From NCBI GenBank assembly GCA_965153455.1, contig OZ234493.1:9600213-9664212 (forward strand): a stretch of 64,000 nt of DNA, read 5' to 3'. The DNA comes from Sphagnum compactum. Lineage: Eukaryota. Positions 13,997 through 27,798 of the stretch are shown here, piece after piece. Every line of letters starts with the position of its first letter. The first letter of the stretch is position 1. Below the pieces are notes generated by a model, which saw only the letters and a list, made by a program, of their open reading frames with translations, had not been told where the DNA came from and did not search any database. A program made the position numbers and the translations under genes.

Positions 13997-15142
13997 GTAA
14001 TCAACTTCCGAATGACATCCTGAGCACTTCTGAGTTCAAAAGAACAATGTAGATAATCTGTCCAGTAGCCCACCTGATTGATGATGAGACTATGTAATTG
14101 GAAATGTCTTCTAAACGATGTAACAGTAACATGTTCAAGCAATCATAGTATTGTCCACTGTTGGTTAAAACACGTTCATGATCCGGATGTGAACTGATGT
14201 GAATATTGCATTTTGTTTATCTTTTGTGCTTGAGCAAGATTGAGCTACCTTGCAATCATGCCCTAATCCAATGAAATTATGTAGTTGGATGAGGCCAGTG
14301 TTGCAAAAGTTGAGCAATATTGCAGCAGTGGTGGAGCAAGGTTACTGAACAGCAATCTTGCTTTGCTACATTCCTTGGTTTTGCTGCAAATGTGAAGTGT
14401 GATCTATCATGTGCATGTTTCCTCCTTGCCTCTTATCGATACTCATGTCTACTCAAGAGAGAGAGAGAAATAGGGGAACGGCTAGTGCATCTCTCAGATC
14501 CATCTCCAGAAACCAATAGGTTACTGCGTTACTGCTTACTGGGTGGCTGAACCTCATAACTCATGTTTTCTATATTCCATAACCTACAAGTTTAACCTTC
14601 CTGGACAATCAGTTATGTCCAGTAACCAACTGGAGCATACATGGTTATCCAACTGGAGCAAACTGGCCACCATGAATGGTTGAAGTACATGGCTGGTTAT
14701 CATGAAACTGCACCTTGACTATGTGCTCTCACCCGGTTACATAGTCCATACCAAGTAGGGGGTATAATTGATGAAGCTGCTCTACAAGTTGCTAATATGA
14801 AGACAACCTCGACTTAGTTCCAGAGACTGAAGGCAAAATGGTGAGAACACTGTTAACAATGATATTCCACCTGCTCATGATATTTATGAACTATGAGATG
14901 GATTATAGATTATATTGTACACCTTGTTTTAACTTCTAGCCTTAGATAAATCTTTTTCTTAAGACCAAAAATTAAAGATTTGTTGTCAATATGTTGATTA
15001 GGATAACTTGGATTATGGACTATTTAATAGGAAATAAGACCAAAGAGTTTTGGGCATATGTGCAAATCTTGCAATATCTACCAAGTGCTCAGGTCTGCTC
15101 ACAGTAATGACATATTTTGTGAAAATATGCCAAAATCTTTGG

Positions 15143-15265
15143 TATAGGAGAAGGGCTTAAGTACAAGCCCTTCTGCTGTGATTTTAGATCTGTGACCGCT
15201 GCCGGTAGGCCAAGGGAATAGGTCGAAAATCACTGAAGGGCCTGTACTCAGATCCCTTTCCTATG
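15143..15265. ncRNA. Candidate pre-miRNA-like long hairpin (strand unknown)
   Basis: The 5' arm tataggagaagggcttaagtacaagcccttc-gtgattttagatct pairs by hand with the 3' arm aggtcgaaaatcac-gaagggcctgtactcagatccctttcctatg, with few mismatches. No known miRNA was recognised. Confidence 0.35.
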
Positions 15266-17764
15266 TAAAAGCAAAGCTGGGATTTTTTCACTTTTTGGAA
15301 ATGGTGATAGGCTGGCTGGTACGTTCCGCTGGTCAGAAGATCCCAGTACAGCCTGGCTGGTACCTTCCACCGCAGAAGATCTCGCTTGCTGAAAACGGGT
15401 TTCTTCATGAAGGTGAGGGAGCTGAAACTACAAAGGAAAAAATCCAGGCAGTGCTTTACTTCTTCGTCTAGGACACAACTATTAGTACACCAATTGATAG
15501 TGCCAGGATTCAAACCCTAAAAACTGGCAGGTATAAAGTATAAAATATCAACCAGTATGGAAATTGGTGTAAGCAGGTATATATGTATTATATGCCTGAT
15601 ATTATATCAGATCCCTACCAAGCTGGTATATGTATGAGGCTGATATTATCTGATGGGATACCAGCCTGGTAGGGTCCTTGATACCAATGTTGATACCCGA
15701 CAGAGGCTTACACACTGGTCTAATAACACTTGTATTTTCCAGTGTTGGGTGGTTCTCTGATTATGTTCTTCTCCGATTCTTTTTACGTTTTGATTTTGTT
15801 TTCAGGTTGTGACCTCTCTGAGAAGTACATGAAAAAGTAGAGACCCTCTCTTCGAGCAGTCCACGAGAGCAATAGCTACTTGCCAACAACAACTTGTCGA
15901 TCCAGTGACTTCCAGTCTGTTGTTATGTTCCTGAAAGAAAAAAGAACAAACAACCACTTTGAATCTCAACTCCTATTGCAATTTGCAGCATTGCTTCATG
16001 TTCACAGCCAACTTAAGAGTTTGAGTTTTAATGATCAGTTAGTTGTACTCAATGCTCATATATGAGTTGAACTTTTGTGAAAGTCAGAGAGAATTAGGCA
16101 ACTTTGATGGTAAATAGTTGACAAAATATTGTTTTGAATTGGGATGATGGATGCAACGACACGCACTTAAAGAAGTACTTATAGACATTGGTAGGTAAAG
16201 TTTGAACTTTCTTCAAATGTGTGTGTTATTGGCAGATGGGGCGGCCACTTGGTGCTAATTGAATTGATGGCCTGAAATAGTGTACCTATGCTGATCCACC
16301 CATGTTTGAAACCTTTGATCCATGCAAAGATAGCTAATTTTAAATTGCTCCAAACACCTGGATCTTGGGTTCACAAAACATAAGTCCTGCAATAATTTTC
16401 AATCTGCATCAAAGATGAAGCATTCAACACATTGGTAGGGACCAGAGACCAGGAAGATTATAAAGTTGCTAAGAAAACTCACCATATAAGCTACATAATC
16501 CTTGCCTGAAGGATGCATCTACTTATGTAACTCCTTAACATCATAACTAGCTCAGAAACTAGGGATTCAAATGATTTGGTATTCCACATACTAGAGTTAT
16601 CTGTAAAGTCTCCCTATTAGGGACCGAGAACGGCCAGTTTCAGCATAATGGCCCATCAAATGGGTAACTGGGAATGAAAATTTTACAACGCTGAATGATT
16701 GGGACACAAACTAGTTTTTCCACCAATTTGAGTGGTCAACTGAGTTTCATCCTGTCTTTCCTTTTTCCCGAGCGCCTCCCCTGCTGCTACATATGTTTTC
16801 ATTGCTCCTACCTGTACAACTACTATAATTAGTTTCAAACCTTGTGCATTAAATGCTGAGTTTCATCATTTCATACTGAGTTTTAATAAAGTCTCCTTAC
16901 TTTGTGCACACCACTGAAAGACGGTTTGTGTTGGTCAAGCTGACCTCTTCCAAACCTAACTACCTCACTCATTCCTGCCATCCACCTACATGAAAAAGCA
17001 AATTAACATGTGCCTTTTCATGTCCATGTTATTTATTCCAAAATAAATTAATAACATACCTTTTTCAAACCTATTTTCTTAACCCATTTTTCCTATGCAA
17101 TTTACACGGCATGAAAAGGCACAATAATGATGAACTATTGGGGAATTGTGTGGAAATATAAGAGGAAAAAAAAAGAAAGAGAAGAAAGGGGGAGGGGAGG
17201 GATTTTTATATATGTTTTGATATTTGCCCTGTGAGCAAGAACATTACACTTCTAAGGAATTAAAAAATGTCGTGTATAAAGCAAATAAAGTAATTTGAAA
17301 TGAAAATATGTTTTTAACTAAATCAAATTAATGTAAATATCAATGGACCTAGTTTTTTTTTTGGTTGTGAAAATTTCTTTATTATGAAAAAAATTCGAGA
17401 AAAAAATATGGAAAAAATGTTTTTTAAACGTAAAATCAGGGCTTTTTCTTTTAAGTTTTGTAATCTAGGTGATGTAGCAATCATCCACAAGAGGACTTGG
17501 GAAAATTCGGCTTTGTGGGTATTAATGTTCTTAACCCATACGGGGCCCTTGAAATGGAAATGTTCAAGGTAAGACTCCCCATATTGGTAAATATGATTGT
17601 AAGCCCCCTATACCTACATCTCCCTATACCCTTGCCCCTTGGTGTAGGGAGCTTACAACTATGTGGCCTTCAATTTGAAGGGAGCTTACATTATGCTTTT
17701 GCAATCAAAGTTGAAAAGCCCACCATAGCTGCAACCTTGGAGGGACTCTTGACATAAGTGCAAG

Positions 17765-18010
17765 TACCAGAAATTTTTTCACTTGCAAAATTTTGTCCAA
17801 TAAGAAGTTTCAATTGCAAAATGAAGCGATTTATTGAAATTTTCAATCACCACAATTTGAGAGCAAAAGAAAAGAAAAAAATTCAGATTTCTATATTTGG
17901 TTCAAGTAGGTAGCCAAATTTATAGAATTATTTATTTAATTTCATAAAATTTTAATAAAAAATTTGGCTAAATCTTCCTATGGTTAATTGCCATTTTGAT
18001 TACATAATAA
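17765..18010 (-). repeat. Dispersed repeat family A (core ATGTAGCCAAAGTGGCGATCATCCATAGGAAGATTTAGCCAAATTTGGCTA), inverted copy
   Basis: Reverse complement of the core at ~17963-18006. Related forward copies at ~18668-18935, ~25290-25440, ~40480-40740, ~40770-40995 and ~61115-61490. Confidence 0.6.
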
Positions 18011-18667
18011 ATTTGACCCCCCCCCCCCCCCCCTAGGCCTAGCTGAAAGTTGAGCCATGTTATACACCCTTCTATAGGCTACCACAGGAAGACATTGATG
18101 ATCCTTTTTGAGCAATCACTGACTTGGTTCACACTACACACTGGGGTTGCCAAGAAGGGCTTTGTAGACTAGGCTACTACTCATCTCATAAGACCTAATA
18201 ATGTGAAAAAAAAAGACACCCAACTCATGATATGCCCCTCATGTTTGCTAATCCCCAATGTTGTACATCATACATCATATAAGGTGCCTATATATATACA
18301 CATATATATTACTTAGTGGGACTACACTACATGCATCTCACATTATGATTTATTATAGCTTTGAGTTGAGTTGCCTCCATAGTGCATCTTCTCTTGTTCC
18401 CTTCCTGGGTGTTTTTCCTTTATTTATTTATTTACTTTTTTTTTTTTATCACGTCCTATCCAATTTTTTATTTTTGATATAAATGTTTTTTTTTTTTCAA
18501 ACAACCATATGGTATGTGGTGTTGGGTGTCTCTAGTCTTTACCCTAAATAATGTATGTTGGAGGTTGAGCTGATCAAAATTGAATTATTGCCTTGTGTGA
18601 TGTTGTTATGTGATAAAGGCATGTTTGAACATTTGAATCAGTGTTTTTTTCAAAGGAATTATTTAAT

Positions 18668-18935
18668 GTAAGCCTAAGTGATGATCATCCATAGGAAGAT
18701 GAAGAAAATTTGGCAATCATCATCATGAAGATTTAGCCAAATTGAGCTATAACCTAGATTTGAATCATAAATTTTTTAATCAAACTTCCATACTTATTAT
18801 TACACACCAAAAATCAAATAAGTATAAATATGCCTATTTTTGCTCTTTTTTCCCCACTTCTAGCAATGGAAACCTTGCAAATTTGTTTCATTTCATATTT
18901 TCTATAAAATCATTTTTTGTGAAATTTTCCCAATA
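18668..18935 (+). repeat. Dispersed repeat family A copy
   Basis: tgtaagcctaagtgatgatcatccataggaagat...gaagatttagccaaattgagctata...cccacttctagcaatggaaacc is shared with the 40480-40740 copy. Confidence 0.6.
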
Positions 18936-21439
18936 AAAACACGGTTGGTTTGAACTCATGTTGGATGAGTCCAAGTTTTCAACTAGGTTTAGGTCTAGGT
19001 TCCGTTTTAAAAACTCAACTTATCAATTCTAAGTGTGGGAAAATCCAACACAAGACTTGCATTGTGACAAACAATATCTCTATAACCCATCATGGGTCCG
19101 ACTTTGGAAAACTAGGGTCAAATAGATCCAGACTAAGACCTAGCCCGTGGATTTTAAGGGTTTTAATACCCAAGGTTCGGGTGTTAGGTATAGGTAGGGA
19201 TTAGGGTCCCAAGTTTATAGGGATTCGAGGAATATGAAGTTATCTTGAACAAGGAAGTCGAGAAATATGAAATCAATGTGTGAAAGATACAAATGGCTTG
19301 ACAACAATGATGAATGAGGTCCTTCATTGGTCTCATGAATGCATTTGATGTGTGTTTTGTTTCTAGAAACATTTTTTTCATTTCTTTTGTCATGATCTTT
19401 GTGCAAACAAACAAATTTCAACTATCCATCTTCCATATCATGAATTCACATGTTACAAAACTTTGTGTTTTATCAGTTCAAGTGATTTTTCTCTTTTTAA
19501 TTAGTATGTTAACCTTTCTCAAGTTTCTTCTTCCCTTGGTGCTTTTAGTGAGGTTTGTTAGTTGTCATCATTTTTGTGTTTTTAAAAATTTGTGCAAAGT
19601 TTTTTCAAATATCCTTCCATGGTTTATTTATTTATTTATAATGTCAACATTGACATATGGCTTTTCTTTCTTTCTTTTATCACAAATGTAGCTTTGAGAG
19701 TTTAAAATTTGGCATTTCTCTTCAAGGTGTGCTTAAGTCTAAGTTCAACGTCTTCATTTTTTGTCTTGTCACAAGTTTTTGTGAATTGAGTCATTAAAAA
19801 TTGTCATTTAAAGGTTTTGGATGTTGGAGTATTCTTGAATGATTTCCATTGTTTATTTAAGCTCCTTTGAGTTTTTACATCTATTGCATTGGAAGTGCTA
19901 TTTTTGTTGATTTTCACTAAGATTTTGAATTTGTGAAATTGTTGCACCTTTGTTCAAAAGAAGTTACAATTCTTACCATTTGGTTAGTGAACATCCTTCA
20001 GGATTTTATTTGTGCTTCTCTTCTTTCCACATCATGCATGATTTTCAAGTATTGTCATCTACATTGAAGGTGCATCTTGGTAAAACCCCCATAAAACTTG
20101 ATGTTTAATTTTGGCCTCATGATAGGTTCCACAAAATTATGCATGATATATCAATGTTGACAATGAAAATGCTAATTATGAGCCTCAAGAGATGATAGAA
20201 ACATGTAATAATTTTTTTGCACCCAAAATGGCTCGAGGAAAAGAAATTAATTTTAGAAAACATAAAGAAAATTGAACTTGCCAAAAATGGAACTTGGATT
20301 TTTTCTAAAGAAAAAAGTTATACTTATTTCAAGAGCTAAATGGATATTAGTTTGATGGTCACATGAAACGGTACTCAAAATCCATGTCTTGGAATTGGAA
20401 ATATGAAATTATAATGATGCATTTGCATTTTATGGAAAAGGGGTATATTTTCCATCAAATATTTTAAAATCTTGTTTTAGTTTTCTTTTTTTATTTTCTT
20501 GGAAACAGTGGACCAAAGAGAAGTTTTCAATGACATTAATCAATTGTTGAAAATTCAATGTTGATCATGGATGGAGAATGCATGTTTTTCAATGTGTGTT
20601 TGTTTATTTGGAGTGTGTACACATTTCATAGCAATCACCCAAAAAGATTGCAACTATAACACAAAAGGATGTTATAGTCAATTCACAAGCTTTTTCTTTC
20701 ACTTTTAAAAACCTTGAAACTTGGATTTGGTTTTAAACTAAACCTTGGAATAAATAGGTTTTTAATTTTTGAAAAAATAAAAAATCTTGAAACTAACATG
20801 TCATCCATCTAATAAAAACACTCATGACAACAAATCACAACTTTAAAAAAAATTCAATTTGATTGCGATTTCAGTAAAACCCCTCTGGTTGTTGAAGCGA
20901 CATGTCTCTTTTGACTAATTCAATTAACTAAAATGATTCTCAATTTGTAATGAATTCAAATTGAGATTTGTAAAATGATTAGATTTAAACACGTTATATT
21001 ATGACATGCCTATAGGCTTGTCCAAGGTATTAATTTTAATTATTTGAAATGACATTAGAAAAAAACAATAACTTGTGGAACATTTTTGAATTACATGTAT
21101 TAAAACAATATGAATGTGTCAAGGCTTTGGGATGGGACTAAAACAAAGTAATATTCATAGGCACTCCTATTAATTCACTACACAAGATAAACAATGCAAA
21201 TGGTTATTGCAAACGAAAATCAAATTGCGTCACATCTTGCCTTAGCCTCACCTTCTATTCTATAATGTACTTTTGCATTGTTTGTACAGATTGAATTGAA
21301 ATAGTTGAATTTTTGAAAGTTCCAAAATGGACTTCCAAAATTGGGATACATAATGTCATTGTGTCACGGACACCGGACATCTAAAGAAATTTTTAAAAAA
21401 AATCTAAGGATTATATGTTTAGAATTTTTTTTAAAAATA

Positions 21440-21715
21440 TGATGGGTAGAAGCTTTTATAAGGATAGTTGATATAAGCTTCTAGAAGATTAATTAGTGAA
21501 TTCTTTTGAAGGATTAGTTGGTAGAAACTTTTATAATATTAGATGATGAAAACTTCTTAAAAAATTAGTTGGTGAAAACTTCCAGAGGATTAATTAGTGG
21601 AACTTTTTGAAAAATTAGATGACAAATTGTTTTAGAAATATTAGTTGGAAACCTTATAAGCTTAGTTGAGGATATTTATAAAAAGATTAATAGACGAAAA
21701 CTTTTATAAGTGTAG
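21440..21715. repeat. Degenerate ~24-25-bp minisatellite (consensus ~ATTAGTTGGTGAAAACTTTTATAAG)
   Basis: Roughly 10-11 diverged units, immediately 5' of the hAT transposase remnant. Confidence 0.6.
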
Positions 21716-21717
21716 AT

Positions 21718-23310
21718 GTAAAAAATTACAATCCAAACATGTGACTATTGGCTTATTTGAAGCAACAAAAACAACAAGGCAAGCCTTGGCCAAAAATTTG
21801 ACAAAATTGTTAAACAAGTATGGTTTAAGGAAAAAACATATTGTTTATGTCAAAGATGAAGGATTTAATCTCAATGTAATGACTAGTGTGTTGAAGTCTA
21901 TTGTAATTATGAATATTTTGGGTTAGAAGAGAGCTTGCAAGGTACTTGTTTTGAACATGCATTTTCAAAAGCATGTCAATATGGCATTCCAGAAAAAAAT
22001 TATAGAAAATTGAAATATGTTTTTATCAAGTCTGCCCAAACAGATTTGCAAAAATGTTTAGCTTAAAAAGTTTGAGAATGGTAGACATCAATGGAATAAG
22101 GCTTGTCTTGAAATTGGAATTTGACCCAAAAAATTAAACACTCCAGTCAAACAAGGTAGTTTTTTCAAACTCATTATTATTTCAACTCTTTAGAGTTTTT
22201 GTGGTTAAAAATTTGATAGGATAATTAATCAAATTGTTTTTTTGGTGGTAGGTTTGATAGTAAAATCATTATGTTTCAAGAAGCTTTACAATTCTGATTT
22301 GCCATTGTGTTTTGTTACCAGAAATAAATTGTTGTGAGAATCATTGGTTGAGTGCCTCCACCTCTAATATGGCAAATTTATCAAACTATTGTTGATTGTC
22401 TTTCCCTAGTTGTTTATGCATGTGTTCTTAATCAGTCACGTGGACATTGGCTTCTTAATGATGTTTTACACTCTGCCATTTCCATGAGTTTGAAACTTTA
22501 AAAAATAAAATCAAGTTCTATCTTCATTTGAAAGCCTAATGGATGATGATTCAATTTGTTAATGATGAGTTATTTTTGCTAGCTTTTAACAATAAAAAAT
22601 AGGTTATCAATGTGTTGGATTTTTTCCTCTCCTTCTTAAAGGTTTATGGTAAGAGGAAAACCCATAATATGATTTCTTTAATGTTAGATCCTAGGTATAA
22701 TAACCTTCATATAATATCTTCATTTGTTGGAACGGAATAAGGTGTTGCTTTTGTTGAAGAATATGATAGGAAATCCTTATATCCTATGTTGGTCGAATGT
22801 CATGAGCATTTACATCCTTTGATGAAATCAAAGACGAATTCTGCTGATCGAAATATTTTTATCAGGATTATAGTTCGGCTATATTTGAGTAGGTTGTAAG
22901 CACAAGTGAACTAGTATAAGAACTTGTCAAGAGGGAGCTTCTGATTTTTAGGAGGTATCAATTGAATGTTAAAGACATCAAATGTCCTCTTCAATGGTGG
23001 TAAAAACATGAGGCAATGTTTCCTATGGTTAGATTTTTAATTCAACAAATTTTGGGGATTGTTGGATTACAAATAGAAACAGAAAGGATCTTTTCTTTGG
23101 TTGGAATTCTTCCTAATATTAAAAGATGCCATTTGCAAACAAAAAATTTAGAGAACTGATTTTTGTCAATAAAAATTAGCCTAATGATTTTAGAATAAAA
23201 TGTAAATCTCCATATAATTTATTAGAATCCCTTGAAAGGGATATGTACTTACAAAAGGAGTTTAAAAAGTTTGAAGGGGAATTTGAAAGGGATGAAGTTA
23301 TTGAAGTGTA
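21718..23310 (+). mobile_element. hAT-superfamily DNA transposon transposase pseudogene
   Basis: Translated fragments: HVTIGLFEA...LLNKYGLRKK..YVKDEGFNLN, GTCFEHAFSKACQY, MLDPRY, and a hAT C-terminal dimerisation-like segment DIKCPLQWW*KHEAMFP...QILGIVGLQIETERIFSLVGIL...KRCHLQ. Many stops and frameshifts. Confidence 0.85.
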
Positions 23311-26300
23311 AAAGTTCAATAATAAATTGATGGTTATTTTAGAATTTTTTAAAGCATTGTTTATAATGTTTTCATTGTTAAAAAAACTCAAATCAATAAT
23401 TATTTAATTTTAATTTTAATTTCTAAAAAATAATTTCTAATTAAAAAAACTCGGTTTGTGAAAATCGGCAAAGGAAAAACGATTGTTCTCAGATTTTTGA
23501 GAACTGGCATTGCGCAAACCAGTTTACTTTTTTTAAAACAAATGTTGTTGTAAAAAAATTAAATTTTTTAAGGAAAACCATATCCAGTGGGTATCATACT
23601 TTGTGAAAACCAAACCTGACAGATATCATAAAATTATAATATTTGCCCGACATTAGTCAAAATGACCATCCCCCTTGGTCGATGTGCACAATTCAGTCAA
23701 ATTGGACCTTTTGAAAAGTCACGTTTTCTTGGAGTGTAAACATAACAAAAATTTTATTATTATTTTTTATAAACATTACATGTTGAAAATTTCAGAATAA
23801 ATACATAAAATTCGAGGGAAAAAAGAACGTCTTGAGGTTTGTTTTCCATTTAATTGGCATAATTCAATATTGAAAACCTTGTTGAAAACTGGTTATTATT
23901 TCTAACAAGGTTTTCAACTAGAAACAAAAGAATAAATATATCTTTCCAATGGCCTCTTTTAAAAAACCACAAATTTTGCCACCAATCATTTTCTATTATA
24001 TCTTTCCTTCCAATTATATTCATATTCACCTCCAAGTTCTAGTATTGCTAGCTCAAGTATTGATAGAAATGTGGAGTTGTCGAAATTGTGGATCAACCTT
24101 TAAATAACTAAAAAATGACATTATTCATTGTTTATTAATGGAACATGCGTTCCTTTCTTCCGATGAGCTGAGTTTGTTATATGCATGTAATCTAATTAAT
24201 GAAAGGTAAAACTAGATGGTTGTATGTGAAGTTTATGGTATGAACAATGGGATGAAAAGAGATGATGAATGGCAACATAAACCTTAAAATTTGAGTGATT
24301 TGAAGTTTTTTTAAAACACTTTGGGAAATTTCGGAGTGGGAAACAAAGTATATATTTGAATGTCCTTGTATAAAAAAGGAAGGATCATGTTTATGCCTAC
24401 TTCTTAAGAGTTGGAAGGATGTTAGTCCAACATGTAGGCATACAACACTCGAAGATTTTTGGCTTTGGACTTGAACACAATTCCTTGCATGAAAGATTCA
24501 TTCATTAGTTGAAAAAGCCTTCTATTAATCACATGCGAGCCTTCCACCACTCGAATTTAATGGTCTTTTGTGTTTTAAGGTTGGTGAAAACTTTGCTACC
24601 ATGGGCCTCCCCTAATTTATTTAGCTTACACCTTTGGACTACAACTCTAATAGCCCTAGGGAGCAAACTTTCCCTATACATAACATCTTACATGTAGAGA
24701 TATTGAGTATAAATATTCAAGGTTCAACTCAATATCTATACATTTGTAAATATCTCGGCATTTGTGTTGTAAAATAATTTCTTGGGTATATTCACAACTT
24801 CACAAAGCACATCTTGATTAAAAAAATTGAGAAAAAAAAAAACACAACACACAAAAACAAAAGAAAATACAATCTCTACAAAAGTAGATCTCATTTCCTT
24901 TGTGCACCTTGTGTTTGTGCATCTATTGGATCATTGGATCATGCCATGACTGACAAACCATCATGCCTAGACAAGTTTGGTGTGGTCAAAGGTCATGGAT
25001 GTATCTCCAATAATGGGGGGAAATTTAATTTTTTTTTAAAAATGACATCAAGTCAAAAAAATCATTTATGTACGATGCAAAATGAAATGAAACAAATCAT
25101 CAATTATTGTGAAGCATTCCGAAATATTTCTCAATATATTTGGAAGGCACCTTATACCCATGAATATCACTCCTAGAATAGGAAAGAAGAGCCATCTCTT
25201 ATAGGTGTAAGATCACTCCCACTCTCAAGGAGTATGTACAAGAACCTCCCCCACTTATAATCAAGATTTTTATTTTTATTTTTTTTTTCAAATTTGTAAT
25301 GTAGTTGAAGTGGTCACCATCCATAAGATGAAAATGGTTACCAAAAAAAATTTGAGAATTAAAAATAAAATAAAATAAATAACAATTTTTAAAAAAAACA
25401 TTGTTCTATATATTGTTTGCTACAATACTTGAAAACTTACTTTCGGGAATGCCAAACACTCTAGGGCTTTACCTTACACATAAAAGTGGTGACTTTGATA
25501 GTAAATTTTTTAACATCAAGTCTTTTGTTGAAGGAGTTTTATATATCAAAGACAAAATCAAGGGCACATACGTATATGACAAAGATGAGGATGTTTGCAT
25601 AGTGGGAGTTCCAAAGTTGATGCTTTCTTTGATGAACTCATTCGGTGGGACCCCTCCCCACGCCAAATAATTTATTATTATTATTCCCAATAACTTGTCA
25701 TCTTTTGCACCAAGTGCACCTCTTTAACCAATGACCTTGAATTCCCTACCAACAAGTTACATAGAGATCCAAATGCTTACAAATCCCTCTAACCCCAAAG
25801 AATGTCCATTATTTATACGTATAAATAATTTCCTATATTTATATATATACAAAAATATATTCTTTATATCTATATATATTCATGTGATGGACTTTTATTG
25901 TGGATGAATTAAGACCACGAGTTTGAATGAACGAACCATTTATTTCATTCTTCCATACCCTCAATGATTTGCTTCCCAAAACAAAAAGAAACACTCTCAA
26001 CTTGCTTTAATTTTTAAAAAACTTGTGGATGTTCTTTAAAAATTTTATTTTTCAACCCGGTTTGTATAAAGACAAGGGTCATAATATTAAGGTAGAAAAT
26101 ATTTTAAAATAATTAGGGTCTATGGAATAGTTTTGTGCCTAGGGGTGAAAAAAGGCCCTATATAGGGAATAAGATTTTTAAAACTTTTTTTATGTGGCCC
26201 TTTTATTGTTTACCTACCAACAAGAATACATCACAAGTTCCAACATTGCACTCTTAGTCGAGAAAATATACACAAATAATACAAGGTCTATGGAAGAGGC

Positions 26301-26851
26301 TTATGCTTAGTAGCGAATATAAAAAAAAGTCGTAATTGTCACTAATTAGGTAATTGTTTTGCCTGACCATTTTTTTTAGTTACCAATAATTCACACAACC
26401 CAATACATCACTACATTGTACTGAGTAGGTATTTTATTAGTGCAGAAAATACCCATATAATACCTTGGCAACTTTGTACACTAATTATATTATATGTAGA
26501 AATGTTGAAATTTTCAAAAAGGTATTTCTTTCAAAGAGAAAATTTTTTTTGTCAAGGAAACTAGAGAATTTTTAGAACATTTCAAGAGCCCCTATGTATA
26601 TGAGCAATGAGAAAAGTAGTGTTTTATCTTTCCATTATTTTTACTTACACAAGAACATGGGCAACACAACCCCATACATCACAACATTGCACTAGGTACC
26701 ACTAGTGTTGAAAATATACACAAAAATATACATTAGAGGCCCAGTGTTTCTACTTTTGGCAAATTTTTCATATGTTGGCTGCCCAAAAGAAAAATTCGCC
26801 ATTAGACATTGAACTGTTACTTCACTCAAGAAGATAAACTAAAGAAAACAA

Positions 26852-27275
26852 AGGGCATACATACCCACCAATGCTCACTACGTGTAACCCTTGCAAAAAC
26901 AAATTTCTCACATCCAAGTTTTAGTTATTTACTTTTTTGGCAACCACCACCCAGAAAGCTCCGACTTGTTTGCAAATAGGTGGGAGACTAGTAATAGCAA
27001 ACCACCTGGACCAATATCATGATGATTGGCCAATCAGAAACAGAGGAGCAGCAGTCCAATCATATTTATTTCACTCTTCTCTAGGAGAGGTGCACAGCTG
27101 TGTTGCGCCTTTTAGTAGCCTCAGCATAATAATATTATGCACATATGGAGGGCGGGAGGAGCAGGCAGACACCACCCAACCTTTTTGTGCTGAGCCAAAC
27201 CAACATGTTTTGACTTTTCTTCATCCCATTTTAATGCAGAGGGGGTCACATACTGAGCATTGGTGGGGATGCTCT
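26852..27275. mobile_element. Tourist/PIF-like MITE (TIR ~AGAGCATCYCCAC), copy 1, in the formin promoter region
   Basis: Ends agggcat...cccaccaatgctca / tgagcattggtggggatgctct. The interior (ttttggcaacc, ctaatagcaaaccacctggaccaat, gaggtgcaca.ctgtgttgc) is shared with 41220-41593. Confidence 0.7.
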
Positions 27276-27798
27276 AAAATACTATAACCCTAAATAGAGT
27301 TTTATGAGCAATGAGATCAATTAGTGTTTTTCCCTTTCATTTCTTTTTACTTATCAACGCAACCCCAGTACATCACAACATTGCACTTTTCACTGCACTG
27401 CACTTCACTGCACTGCGCTGTTCGTGTGTGGCAGGTAGCCCCACCATCGCCTCCTCTCTCTATCTCTCTCTCTCTCTCTCTGCTCTCTCTTTTCTCTCGG
27501 TTGCTTCCTTGCTCGTGCCATCGCTTGCCTTCTGTTCTCCGTCCTCTCCACCTTGGATGCCGCTGCGGCTACCAATTTTCGCAGCTGGGCGACTTGCTGC
27601 CGGACAAGGACTGGAGTGTTTTGCACGGATCTAGGTAGTGCAATAGTGACCGTGGGAAGAATTGGAGAGTGGGTTGCCTTGTTAGGGTTTGGAAGAAGCT
27701 AAGAGAAGGAGCAGGAGGAGGAAGAAGAACGAGAACAAGAACAAGAACAAGGAAGGGAGTTTTTGAAGAGATCCGTATGTGTGCTTGCGCATGGGAGT

